DNA of 64,000 bases from the NCBI GenBank assembly GCA_973895155.1, contig OZ316893.1, positions 22,093,717-22,157,716 of the forward strand. The letters run 5' to 3'. Source of the DNA: Marsupella aquatica (Eukaryota; Plantae; Marchantiophyta). Both the position numbers and the translations under genes were made by a program. Below the pieces are notes generated by a model. That model had not been told where the DNA came from. It made no database searches and saw nothing but the letters and a program-made list of their open reading frames with translations. This document shows, one piece after another, positions 12,389 through 24,168 of the stretch; the stretch's first letter is position 1, and each line of letters starts with the position of its first letter.

Positions 12389-13010
12389 ACCAAAATCTTG
12401 CCGCAAACACGAATGTTGGCATAATTTCATTGTGGAAACCAATCCGTTCCTATTTGCAGCGCGCCATGATGATGTGGCGCACTGTGGAGTCAGGAATTTT
12501 GGAAGGGACCTCTAGTGGGGTCCGTAAATATTTTCAGTGAGGCTCTGCCACTCACTTCTTATCATTAATAGGACCCTAGTACCCTAAAAAATGTCTCTCA
12601 ATTCTAAAAATATATAAACAATTTGAAGATGTGGCTTGTCATGGAATGAAGGTATCTCAGAGATCTACATTTTGAGTTTGGATAAGATAAAGTAATTACA
12701 TGACACTGATAGTTGTAACTTCTGGAAAATATGACATGCCATTTCATGTACACCATAAATTGTGTGTGAATAGGATATAAATGTCCTGGTTAGAGGGCAT
12801 TGTGACCATGACCCTTCATGAAGGCAACCCAAGACTGAGAGGGTTGTTTCAAACTAGGGTTATATTTGAGATCGTAGTCAATAGTTGAGAGAAATTTAGA
12901 AAATTACACTTCAAGTGAGCTAAATAGTCTTAAAGTTTGAAATGTACAAATATATGCTTGGACTGTCTTTGTTTTGATGTACATAACATTGTCAAAGAAC
13001 AAAATAATGG

Positions 13011-13177
13011 GCTTTACATGGAGGCAGGATCCCAAGGACAGGATGCCCAATTTATGCCCAATGTCTCACAGGGCTTTGTTTTGACTTGCAACAGATCGCT
13101 TTACATGGAGACAGGATCAGAAGGACAGGATGCCCAATTTCTCACAGGCTGGGCTTTGTCTTGACTTGCAACAGATC
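13011..13177. repeat. ~87-bp tandem duplication
   Basis: GCTTTACATGGAG(G/A)CAGGATC..AAGGACAGGATGCCCAATTT...GGGCTTTGT(T/C)TTGACTTGCAACAGATC occurs twice. Confidence 0.85.
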
Positions 13178-13669
13178 ATAGTATATGTATTGTACTGTAA
13201 TATATGACCCTGAAATGGCCTAATACGGAACCTAAACTGCAAAGATCCATTTTCAATATTATCCACAGGGCCCTTAGGGTTACAAGTGTGGCATAATACG
13301 GGTGCAAAGTAAGGGAACTCAGCCTCAAAGCCGAGGAGTACATCTGTAGCTTGAGGGCGTCTACCGTTAGCAATGCAGGCCTGAGGGCTTATGGAACCCT
13401 ATTGCCTTCACGAAGTGCATCTTAATGTCATCGGGGGACTCGGACCCCCGACCCTCGAGGATTTTCATCCACGTGGCCTGAGTGCCTTCCTAGAACAGGA
13501 CCATACTTATTATATTGCCTCCATTGGAGCCACAGCAGCGCTTATGGTTTTACGTAATGCCAATTGAATATGGGCAAGCAACATCGTCACAAAGTGAGTG
13601 CAGGCAAGACGTTGGTTTTTTGCCATGGCCTGCCCTTGCCCTGCAAAGGTACACTCTGATCACCGGGAA

Positions 13670-14008
13670 CAGGTTTTTTCTAAAAGTCTTGGAACTGAAC
13701 TTGGTACTGTGCATTGGGGAAGTGCAGCCTCATCGCTGAGGGGCCCGCCGCAGCAGCCATTTTTTGGTGGGCAAAAATTAGCCAGTCATTTACCTAAACC
13801 GCAGGCAGGCTAATGATACTCAAGCTGGAAATTTTTAAATTTCTGTTTCATTCACTACCACCTAATGCCAAATTCCACCCTCCCCAAAAAGTGTTAGCCA
13901 CTTTTGGCTAACATTCCCTATATTTTTTGTATGTCATTTTTCACTTTCCCACTAAATTATGGACCCTATTCGCCAGAATCTAACGGTCATCCGTAAATCT
14001 AGGGATAT
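13670..14008. repeat. Dispersed MITE/TIR-like repeat; an inverted homologous copy lies at ~24121-24725
   Basis: GCCAGAATCTAACGGTCATCCGTAAATCTAGGGATATCTGACAGTCA here is close to the reverse complement of TGACAGTCAGATCTCACTAGATTTAAGGGTGACCGTTAGATTCTGGC at 24122. AATTCCACCCTCCCCAAAAA pairs with TTTGGGGAGGTGGAATTT at 24601. Confidence 0.6.
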
Positions 14009-14787
14009 CTGACAGTCATAATATAATCCAGGAAAAACTGACCAAGAGTTTCTCACACTAGTCAGAGTGTCTAAAAACAAAAAAAAAACCTTTAAAAATA
14101 CTCTCTAATGCACGAGGGGGAGGTGTTAGCCAGGAAATACTTTACAACAGTTAGAAAGTACTATATGACGAAAGAAAATTCTCCATAACCAGACGTGTGC
14201 TTGTCTCTAGGGTAAAATAGTAGCCACCTTGGCTAATGTTTACAAACTAGAAAAAAATGTCAGGTCCATAGCTTGAGGGCATCTCGAGCAATTCAGGCCC
14301 CAGGGCTCATGAAACCGCTTCATTCAGCATTTTGATTATAGTTCCTAAAGGTCACAAGTATTGATACTTGACAAGAAATGTTGGCAATCAGGTAAAACCC
14401 AGTTCTAAGAAAACAATAGAACGAGACGGAGATGAATGTCAAAGCTGTTGACCGAACTGAGCAGTGGAGCCGAGTGATGTGAACCCAGTTCCAATTTCAA
14501 GACACCCACACATCTTGATCGATTCTACCACTCCAATTCCAAGATGCCCACATTTTTGCAGTGATTCCAGCAGTCGAATGCGAAGACCCGTTACAGTTTG
14601 AGAGACTCTATCAGTCCAATTGGAAAACCCTCACACGTTTTCAGGCCAAGCTTTGCCAAGCTTTCAGGGAATTCCTTCGCAGCTCTCGATCTTTGGTAGA
14701 GCGACGTCAGATTGGAGGTTTTGTAGCGCTTTGGTGCGTTCTGTAGTTTAAGGAGGATTGTGCTGGAGTTCACGCTGTGCTGGACAC

Positions 14788-14830
14788 TTTAGGGTTTAGG
14801 GTTTAGGGGTTTAGGGTTTAGGGTTTAGGG
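14788..14830 (+). repeat. Interstitial plant telomeric repeat (TTTAGGG)6
   Basis: Six consecutive TTTAGGG units; the third has an extra G (43 bp total). Confidence 0.95.
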
Positions 14831-16661
14831 CCCTGCGTCTTGTGGGATGCTATCAAAGGAACGCAGCTATTCGTTCGATGACATTTCTTGACTCCGCCTC
14901 AATCTGTGGACAAGTACAATCAGCGGGTCATGGCCCTGGTCTGTTGTGAAGCTCAGGTACATTTGGGTTACTCATGGTGTATGTATGATAATATGCACTG
15001 TAAATCTACTTTAGGTTTGTAGCACATTGAATGAATTGAAGTACTCTTGCCGAATTTGGGCACTTTGTCTATGAATTATGGGCTAAAAGGGTCATAAGGT
15101 TGCTTGGCTGTAAAAATTATGTCGTTCAAAGATTGGGTTTCATAATGAATCCTAGCACTGTGAAGTGGTTCGTTTTCCCTGCAAACAATTTAGCAAAAAC
15201 CCGATAGAGTAGGAAATCCTGTTTTCTCGATCTACTATTGCCCTTCACGTCGAAGATTTTCAAGTATTCCCAATGCCCCCATCACTGCGTGGAAAAATCT
15301 TACATTGCTGGTGGAATTTATTTTGCAGCATTCGTCGCTTCTAAAACTCGTGAAAGAAAAGGTCCTTACCGAGAAAGAAAGGTGAGCATTTCAAATTTTC
15401 TGTCTGAAAATGTCATTGTCCACGCTTTCTCTGGCCCCGTCTGTGCTGGAAATGCGTGTGAAATTTCTGCTAGTCATTTTAGAAATTCATGCAGGTATTA
15501 ATGGGAGTCAACCTTGGCCTCTACAGTAGTAGCTTGCACACAAGCTTTACCAAGCATAGTGGCCTGAGAAGGGGTTTCTCTCATAGGGATATGCTTCGAT
15601 GGGGAAAAAACACAGATGCTGGGAATAAGAGTGCAAGAAGACGGGCAGGAGGATCAGTGTACAAGAGTGCATCCTCACTAGAGACGATGGTAAGGTCACC
15701 CATGAGCCTCTAGCTGGGACCTAGCAGGTTGTCCCGGTCATCGTCGCGAGTATTTGATCTCGGGATTAGATTTCCAAGGATCATCATTTCCAAAGATTAC
15801 TATGCTGCAAGGGTCCCCACATGGGTAACTGGTATGATTAAAGACGTGAAGGATCCATTGGGACAGCTGGCTGACAAGATGTGCTTGGACTTGTCATATT
15901 TTTTTCCAGATAGGGTTTCTGTATTTAACAAACGTGGAAAGGCTTCAAGAAGTTATGGAGCTGATGGGTTTTATGGCTGAAGAGAGATCCATAGAGGAAA
16001 TTCCTTAAACTTCTGTTCAGCTTATCAATCCATGCTGAGACGCCGCTGTTTTACACGCCGATTTGGAAGCATCCTTTCTGGTTTAATCAGTTCCTACTTG
16101 GTTTGAGCGGTTCCTTCCTGACACATACTCATCAATTTATATAGTAAACTTACGGGGTTGCGTTAGGATCTCAACTTCTTACGTCCTACATGGCACGACG
16201 CACAGGGTGCAGCCCTTAGTTGAGCAGCATTTTCGAACCAATCTAAGTAAATGTTCTCATTGAAAGACTGGATTAAGGCAATGAAATCTGACAAATCTTT
16301 ATGATCTAGAACCTGAGAGCTGTACCCTTTATATTGAGATAGTAGCATTGCTCTGATCCTGGCCAACTATGTGGGGTCACATGTAATATCTAGATGATTG
16401 GCGGGTCTTCAATTACCATTAGACCTCTCTTTTGTGGGACGCTTTTAAATTGGTCAACTTTCTGTATATGTGATGCTCCTTAATGAATATGGAGATTAGA
16501 TTGATTCCTACTTCGCACTCAATCTCCACGCAACAAATGCTCTGATATATTGTCGTAAATCCGAAGCGTCATGAAGAGATTTTGTATGAGTGGTAAGTCG
16601 ATGATTATCAGTTCTGCCTACCTGCATGTTTGTAGATGCTCAGGAGTCTGGAGTAGTATAC

Positions 16662-17064
16662 TGTGATTCTACAGAACAAACAACAAAGGATGTGCAAGAA
16701 CGAAAACGGTGCGCACGACAAGAGCTAGGAAAAGCAGGAATTCTGTAATTCTGTATTCTGCAGATGAACTGCATAACTCCACAAAGGGGAAAGATAAAGG
16801 CCACGAACAGCCCTGTGACCAGGAGACACACAGCGCGGCAGAGATTCAAACCAAACAAGGCGCGTCGCCCTTGCTTCTCATTGTGGCAAGTGGCAAGTTG
16901 CACTTGGTGGAGTGCGAACGAAAAGCTAAAAGTGAAAACGTAACTAGAGCTAAAATCTGATGTAAGAGTAAAACATATCTCCCTAGATAGAAAGAGATCG
17001 ATGATCAGGGATCAGACTAAAGAACCGGTCGAGCAGAGAAGAGAACAGGGCATTCCCTGTCACA
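16662..17064 (-). repeat. 3' LTR of copia element (403 bp)
   Basis: TGTGATTCT...CCCTGTCACA. By eye it differs from the other LTR by 4 C/T substitutions and a 6-bp indel. Confidence 0.95.
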
Positions 17065-18895
17065 CTTCCCCCCAATCGACCATATCCAAAGAAGACAACA
17101 GCGGCAGCATTTGTAAACCCAGCAGTTGCACAAAACGCCGAAAAGCTTCACCCGACAGAGGTTTGGTGAGACCATCAGCTGGCATGATTGTTGTGGACAA
17201 GTATTGGAGTTTCACAATACCCCGTCGAACTTGATCACGAACAAAATGCCATTGAATGTCAATGTGCTTGGTCTTCGCATGGTGCTCCGGATTAATAGTC
17301 AATGCCAAGGCAGGTTTGTTGTCACCATGAATGACCACAGTCTGCACATCAGGTGTAAGAACTTGAAGCTCGTGAAGCAGACGCCGTAACCACACCGCCT
17401 CCTTACAGGCAATCGAATAGGCAACATATTCTGCCTCAGTAGAACTAGTGGCAATTAGAGGCTGCTTGCGAGATTTCCAGCTGATAGCACCGCCCGCTAG
17501 CTTAAAAAGATAACCAGATGTCGATTTGCGATCCATGGAGTTGCTGGCATAGGAAGCGTCAGAGTAACCTTGAAAATTGAGAGAATGTACTTCAAGCCCC
17601 AAAGAGGGTGCATTCTGATAGCGAAGTCCAAGATTGAGTGTATGATTGACATAAGCCATGACAGTACGAATGCAGCTATGATGCTCGGGTGTAGGATTAT
17701 GAGCAAACTGGCCCAGACGAGCACAACGCTCAGCAATGTCCGGACGCGTCCAAACAGACAGATACATCAAAGATCCTATCATAGATTGATAGTGATGATA
17801 TTGATCAGGAGTTGCCTGCATGGGACTTGGTCGAAGATCATCAAGACCCGTTGAAGGAGCAGACATTGGTGCTGCATTTTCCATGTGAAAGCGACGAACA
17901 ATCTTTTGAGCATAAACATTTTGGGCCAGATAGAGAACACCAGCAGCACGATCGTGATGTATAGTGAGACCCAGGTACTCAGTGAGTTCTCCCATATCCC
18001 GAACCTCATATTTGGATAACAGTATTGCCTTCATTCGAGCAATACCTTGCTTAGTAGGAGAAATGCAGATGATGTCATCGACCCAGAGGACTATTATATC
18101 CCCATTCTGATGTCGTAACACGCAAGGATCAGATGGAAGAGGAAAGAAACCATGGCGAGCCAGGAACTCAGTAATCTCAATGTACCACAGGCGCGGTGAT
18201 TGACGCAGACCATACAGTGCCGTAAGAAGAAGCCAGATCAAGAGAGCCCCATGTTGATCATAGGTCTCGTACCCAGGAGGTGGTCGGATATAGATGGGTG
18301 GTTGACCTGCCATAAGAGCATAAAGGAAAGCAGTGACCACATCAAAGCAATGAGCCTCAAGGTTTCCAAAAGCCAGCAGCGCCATGAGCAAGCGGAAAGT
18401 CTCAGGACGAACTACTGAAGCAAACGTATCATGAAAATCTTCTCCCGGACGCTGTTTATCGCCCCGGGCCACAAAACGAGCTTTGTGAATTCCTGAACGT
18501 TTGCGAGAATACACCCATTTTGATGGCAGTAAACGTGCGCCTGGAGGAAGAGTAGTGAGCTTAGCTACTTGTAATTTTTGTAATTGAGTGATCTCAGTGA
18601 ACTCAGCAACACGCCATTTGTCAGCATCTGGTCGAGAGAGCGCCTCCCGATGTGTTTCAGGGACATCATCATCAGATGAAGAAAAAAGCGCAGCCGAATA
18701 GGAATATACTAGAGAAGAAGGAAGATGAGCGAGCATGGTATAAGCATTCATCATGTTATTGTACCGAGCAGGAGGAACTCCTTTAGTGGTCCGAGCAGAG
18801 CGACGAAGCTCTGAAGGTGTTGATGAGAGCGGCTTCAAAATCATCCTGAAAATCATCACTCGGTGGATTCCCAAGTGGTGGTGCCATGGTGACAA
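17060..18895 (-). pseudogene. pol: Copia pol, C-terminal part (integrase tail, reverse transcriptase, RNase H)
   Basis: Motifs LRRSARTTKGVPPARY, KWVY, KARFVARG, DVVTAFLY, ALYGLRQSPRLW, LWVDD, GYSDASYA, TEAEY, TKHIDI, MPADGLTKPL. The stop codon lies inside the LTR. This part is out of frame with the upstream ORF. Confidence 0.92.
17065..17073 (-). other. Polypurine tract of copia element
   Basis: GGGGGGAAG on the minus strand, immediately before the 3' LTR. Confidence 0.85.
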
Positions 18896-21494
18896 GTGCC
18901 GGTGGAGTGAGAATCAATGGATCAATATCAGAATGATCAAGAGACGAAATGGCAGCATCCAAACTGGTTGTGATTGCAGACGTTGATGGTGCCGGGGGAC
19001 CATTACACAGTGGAGAACATGTACCACTCACAGTAGGCGCCAAATCTGGAACAACCAGAGCCGGAAGAGACAATTGCAGCGGAAGAAGTAGCCGGGGTGG
19101 ATCAAAAGATACTGGAACATTATCCAGTGAATCCGAAGTAGAAGCAATTGATGAGGAATCTTCAAAGAGGAGTGGACTGTTCCGTGGTGAGATAGCCGTG
19201 ATTCGAGGAGTGTCATCGAAAGTAACATAGGCTGAACTAATGATTGAATTTTGTTGCGGCAACCAGATGCGATAATTAAGACCGTCATCATATCCAACCA
19301 AATAGCCTTGTTGTGCACGCGGCTGAAATTTCTCCCCACGAGGTCGTGTTTCAGGCGGTATGTGAACATACGCTGTGGCACCAAAAGTTTTAAAATGAGC
19401 AAGATTAGTGATCTCAGGAAGATCCTGTGTCTTCCGTAAGCAAGATATGCGAGCTGCAAGATCAGTGTGAGCCGTCGTAGGAAGACGATTGGTGAGATAG
19501 ACCGCCGTCCTAATTGCCTCAGGCCAAAGCAGAATCGGTAATTTTGAATCCAGTAGCATAGCTCGAGCCTTCTCCGTGACAATGCTATTTGAGCGCTCTG
19601 CAATACCATTCTGCGTATGATGGTAAGGAGCTGAATGTATCATGCGACACCCCTTCTCTGCAAGGAAAGTACGAAACAGTGTGCTGCCAAATTCGGTACC
19701 ATTATCATAGAAAACTTCCGAAATAGTGGATGAGTCGGTACCATTATCACAGAAAACTTCTGAAATAGTGGATGAGTACTGATTCGCAATAGCAGCAAAG
19801 AATTGTTGAAGAACCACTACTGCTTCACCCTTGTTATGCAGACACGAGACCCATCGATAACGAGTATGATCGTCAGTGATCAAAAGAAAATACTTCATGT
19901 TACCCAAACCGAGAGACGACATCGGTCCACAGAGATCAAGATGTATTCTCTGAAAAGGTTTGGAAGCACGAGTATGTTGTTCTCGACAAATGATACGAGC
20001 AGATTTGGCCAAAGCACAGGGTTCACATGGCACAAATGGAGCAGAGTCAGTAAGATGAATCCCCTGGCTCTGAATGAAATGTTTTACACCATCAATGTGT
20101 AGGTGTGCCAGGCGCCTATGGAGAGTATTAAGATTGACGGTTTGAAGAGAGAGAGTACTATTGAGAAGGTCTACAGCAAGAGCCCACTGAACACGGAAAA
20201 CCTTAAGACCATCCACTTTGGTAACACAGGCAAACTCTTGACCGCTAGGGAGAAGGACAAATTTAGAGTGCCAGCCTTGCCAGTACACACCCCGCTGTTC
20301 AAGAAGATGTTCAGAGATAGTGTTAAGAACACTTGTAGGCATATAGCGTACATTATTTAAGCGTATTGGCCTAAATGTCTGATCAGTACATTGAACATGC
20401 AGATCAATATTGCCATATCCAGGAGATATGATGGACCCCGCCCCGGTGTTGATGGAGATAGGATCGACGATGTATTGTTGTATTAGCTTTTGATTATTGC
20501 AGAAATGATGATTGGCTCTAGAGTCAGCGATCCAAGTATCTTGATCAATTAAAAATGCTGCTGCGGAATGAGCTTGATGCGCAAACTGAACAAAATTAAA
20601 CACATCCAGCGACACTGATTCGGTTGGAGTGGGAATTGAGGTAGTCGTCTGAACATTGTTGACACCTCGTAGCCTCTCTTGTATTCTCTGCATTGTAATA
20701 GTATTTGGTTGCCATCCAGGTCTATGTAGATGGACATGTTTGTAGTAGCACATCTCTTCCCGATGTCGAGGCAGCTGACAATATGGACAGATTTCCTTGC
20801 GTGGTGCAGCATTAGGAAGAACAGCGGGAGTAAACGCAGGAGTTGCCACAGCCACTTGAAGTGTAGGTGGCTCGCGCTCAGTCTTACGATGCCATTCATC
20901 CTTTGCTTCAAAGATAAGAGAATCTAACGAAGGCGCATTGGTAGGATCACGACGCATTAACTCCCACTTAGAAAAAGCCCATTGATCGAAGTGTCCATCC
21001 ATAATATGAATGAATTGCATGATTTGAACTCTAGGATCAATCGTGATCCCAGCCGCGGTGCAACGATCAATAGCTTCTCGGTAAGCAATGCCGAACACTT
21101 CCATCTCTTCCCCACGATAATGAAGTTTCACAAAATGAACCCAATTATCATGTTTCTGTAACAAACCTTGCGGTTGATAGGTCTTCTTCAAATGATCCCA
21201 ACATTCTTTAGCCGTAGAGATGGTGGCCAAAGAAGTCTGGATATGTGGCTTACAAGTGGAGAGAATGAGCATGCGCGCATGAGCACCCTGCGCGGTGTAG
21301 GTCTCAAGCCGCGCCTGAAAATGGTAGTCACGTTCATCGACATCTTGTAACGGAGGAATGGCAATCCCATCAACAAATTTCCAAACACTACCAGCGGCCA
21401 AGCTCGCAGAGACCAGCATTTGCCAAGCTTCGTAGTTGGCATTGCCATCAAGTTTTGGGACAAAATGACTAGTATCGCGATAAGAGAGTGACAT
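18783..21494 (-). pseudogene. gag-pol: Copia gag-protease-integrase ORF
   Basis: Gag N-terminus LDGNANYEAW, zinc knuckle CPYCQLPRHREEMC, protease WIADSRANHH (DSG changed to DSR), HHCC LHRRLAH...CEPC, integrase IHLDLCGP / DNGTEF / QNGIAER. A frameshift to the RT frame falls around 18830-18895. Confidence 0.92.
19693..19776. repeat. In-frame 42-bp tandem duplication inside the integrase core
   Basis: TCGGTACCATTATCA(T/C)AGAAAACTTC(C/T)GAAATAGTGGATGAG occurs twice, giving protein SSTISEVFCDNGTD-SSTISEVFYDNGTE. Confidence 0.95.
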
Positions 21495-21590
21495 GATTCC
21501 AGATAATTGAAAAAAACAGATAGGAATTCTAGCCAGAAAGAACGCAAGTTCGCACTCAAACGAAGATGTTCAAGAAGAATCGAAGAAATT

Positions 21591-21604
21591 CTAGGCCCAT
21601 AACC
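21591..21604 (-). other. Primer-binding site complementary to the tRNA-iMet anticodon arm (half-tRNA priming)
   Basis: GGTTATGGGCCTAG directly abuts the 5' LTR. Its complement GGCCCATAACC is the iMet anticodon stem-loop, whereas the usual plant PBS is TGGTATCAGAGC. Confidence 0.85.
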
Positions 21605-22013
21605 TGTGATTCTACAGAACAAACAACAAAGGATGTGCAAGAACGAAAACGGTGCGCACGACAAGAGCTAGGAAAAGCAGGAATTCTGTAATTTTGTATT
21701 CTGCAGATGAACTGCATAACTCCACAAAGGGGAAAGATAAAGGCCACGAACAGCCCTGCGACCAGGAGACACACAGCCAGGGCGCGGCAGAGATTCAAAC
21801 CAAACAAGGCGTGTCGCCCTTGCTTCTCATTGTGGCAAGTGGCAAGTTGCACTTGGTGGAGTGCGAACGAAAAGCTAAAAGTGAAAACGTAACTAGAGCT
21901 AAAATCTGATGTAAGAGTAAAACATATCTCCCTAGATAGAAAGAGATCGACGATCAGGGATCAGACTAAAGAACCGGTCGAGCAGAGAAGAGAACAGGGC
22001 ATTCCCTGTCACA
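21605..22013 (-). repeat. 5' LTR of copia element (409 bp)
   Basis: TGTGATTCT...CCCTGTCACA, adjacent to the PBS. Confidence 0.95.
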
Positions 22014-24168
22014 TATACTTAACTTTGGCTTCATGGCACCACAATGCTAGACCATTTGCAGGGCTGTGCTGCCAAGTAAACGGACGTCTATCTCAAGTTC
22101 AAGTCGAGTCTGGTAATTCTAATTGAACTACGACAGGAGGTCGAGCTCGCCAACCTAGAAAATCTGGAGGCGCGTCCAGGCATGTATGAAGCACGCCAGC
22201 ACAAAACTTATGATACTTCCAAAACTCGTCTCCGGAGGGAATCGTCTTGTTTTCATGTACAGAAGCGCTCCAATGCTGGTGAGAACAGGGAGGACGCTCA
22301 ATTAGTCGAACTTATGGATGAGACTGAAAGTCTGCGTAGAAAGAATTTTAAAAATGACTGAGCAATCAATCAGGTTTAAATGACAGTGATCCCAAAACAG
22401 CTTGGGTTCTCAGCATGTAACAGAAATAAAGAAGCCCGGAAGCAAGCTCTTTCATGTATAGACCCAAAATCTTCACTTAAGAGATCGACACGTTAATCCA
22501 TTTTGGGAGTTTGTGACTGACTGGTCAGGTTCGTGCCTGAGAAGTTTGTGGATGAGAAATCTGTGCACATTGGGCCAACTGTCCCATCATTCCTCTCGTC
22601 TTCAAAATATTGGTGGAAGTTCTTACCTCTTTTGACTAGAATGGGTGTCCATTCCGAATCATAGCTCTCATAACGGCTGTCTAGTTTTCTTGTGACATCT
22701 CAGTCATGTCTGTGGTATATGAGCAGAAAGAGGGTTTTGCTGCTGTCCATCTGGGTTGCAAAAATATATCTGGGTCTTGTGGCAAACGAGGAAGTCCATC
22801 TAGACTTCAGTCCAGTTCTGGTAAGAGACTGGAAGTTTCTGAAGGTCACCAACCAAGTTTTTCATCGAGGGCATCCTTGGTCCACAATAATGTGGCCCAA
22901 CCAACAGCCTGCAGGGTACTTTTAAAAACAAATTCTGTCTTGCAGAATGTCCGTAACTAAGTGGATTAATCACAGGACTTCTATTAGATGCCACTACCAT
23001 AGTGACTATCAGTTTCGCGTAATAAATCAATAATTGTGGAAAGTTTGAGTACTTGACACAAATCTTGAATAGTGCGTGTGTGAAACTTAGGAAAACTCAT
23101 TCTGGACGTATTGTAGAAATTTTCTTTAGCATTCTGGTGTATAAACACTAATTCAAAGTACAAGTTATCAATCTAGAAAATTATTTGGGCAATGGCACTA
23201 TCCTTTCAAAGGTAAAAATATGACGAGTATGTGCAAAATTGATTGTCCCTAAGGTACTGAAGTGGAAGTTGCCCAACATGTAGTCTAGAACACTACTCCT
23301 GTTCGCGTGTGCACTCGTTATGTAACAAATATATTGATGATAATTCATCACACTGGATGCCCATCCCACCTATGATATTGTGGGTGTCCTTTCTCCAGCT
23401 AGTGAAGGCTCTAGACATACAATTGTTCTTTCCTTTCTGTCTCTGGATCCACCCGGAGAAGTAAGGTATGCCAGGGAAATAAAAGCATGTTACAGCAAAT
23501 CATTTTCAAAAATTCACAAACTCCTTATCATAAATCAGGTTGATAAAGGAAACTTGGAGGTAGATCTATGCATGTAAGAACAAGAACAATAGATATAATT
23601 TATGTAAGGTATTCTGAAAATGTTAGAAGGATGAGTTATGTAAAGAAATATAAACTTCAAAACAAACAATTAAGGGTTCATTTACTTCCAGCTAGGCTCC
23701 ATAGAGTTGCCACCCGTCTACTCCGTTCTTGCATAGTGGGGCGGCACGGAGGAAGTATACCACGCCTGCCTACCCACATCTGCCACAACAGAGATAGGGA
23801 GAAAACCACAAATGAATAGAAATCAATGTTCAATGTCCAGCTTCATTATCGACTATGAACAGCACCAACTTCATGTCATTCAATATCAGGATTGGACTGT
23901 TTCAAATGGGCAATGTGGTCCTTCAAGCTACTTCCAAGCTCAATGGAGGTAACAGCCGTTTGAGAGTCCCAATCCGATGGCTGGATCGGAGCTGTTCTGT
24001 GTTCTATGGTGGACTTCGATCCAACGTATTTATTAAGGGGTTTCGCTTTTTAGCCAGAGTGGAGAATGTTCAGTGTGTGAAGGAGAAGATGCTCAAATTA
24101 TTCTTTAACTGCTTAATTTCCTGACAGTCAGATCTCACTAGATTTAAGGGTGACCGTTAGATTCTGGC

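Larger units (their letters stand above)
16662..22013 (-). mobile_element. Full-length Ty1/copia LTR retrotransposon (5352 bp), defective
   Basis: TG...CA LTRs at both ends and a 5-bp TSD TATAC (16657-16661 and 22014-22018). Domain order on the minus strand is gag-PR-IN-RT-RNaseH. PBS and PPT are both present. Confidence 0.97.

Noticed and set aside
18783-18895. Programmed Ty1-style +1 frameshift
   Set aside because: It falls between integrase and RT rather than at the gag/pol boundary, I see no CTTAGGC-type site, and the element has other disabling lesions.
16640-21909. Near-identical small ORF pairs (16640-16903/21556-21852 and 16709-16960/21652-21909)
   Set aside because: They are simply translations of the two LTRs.
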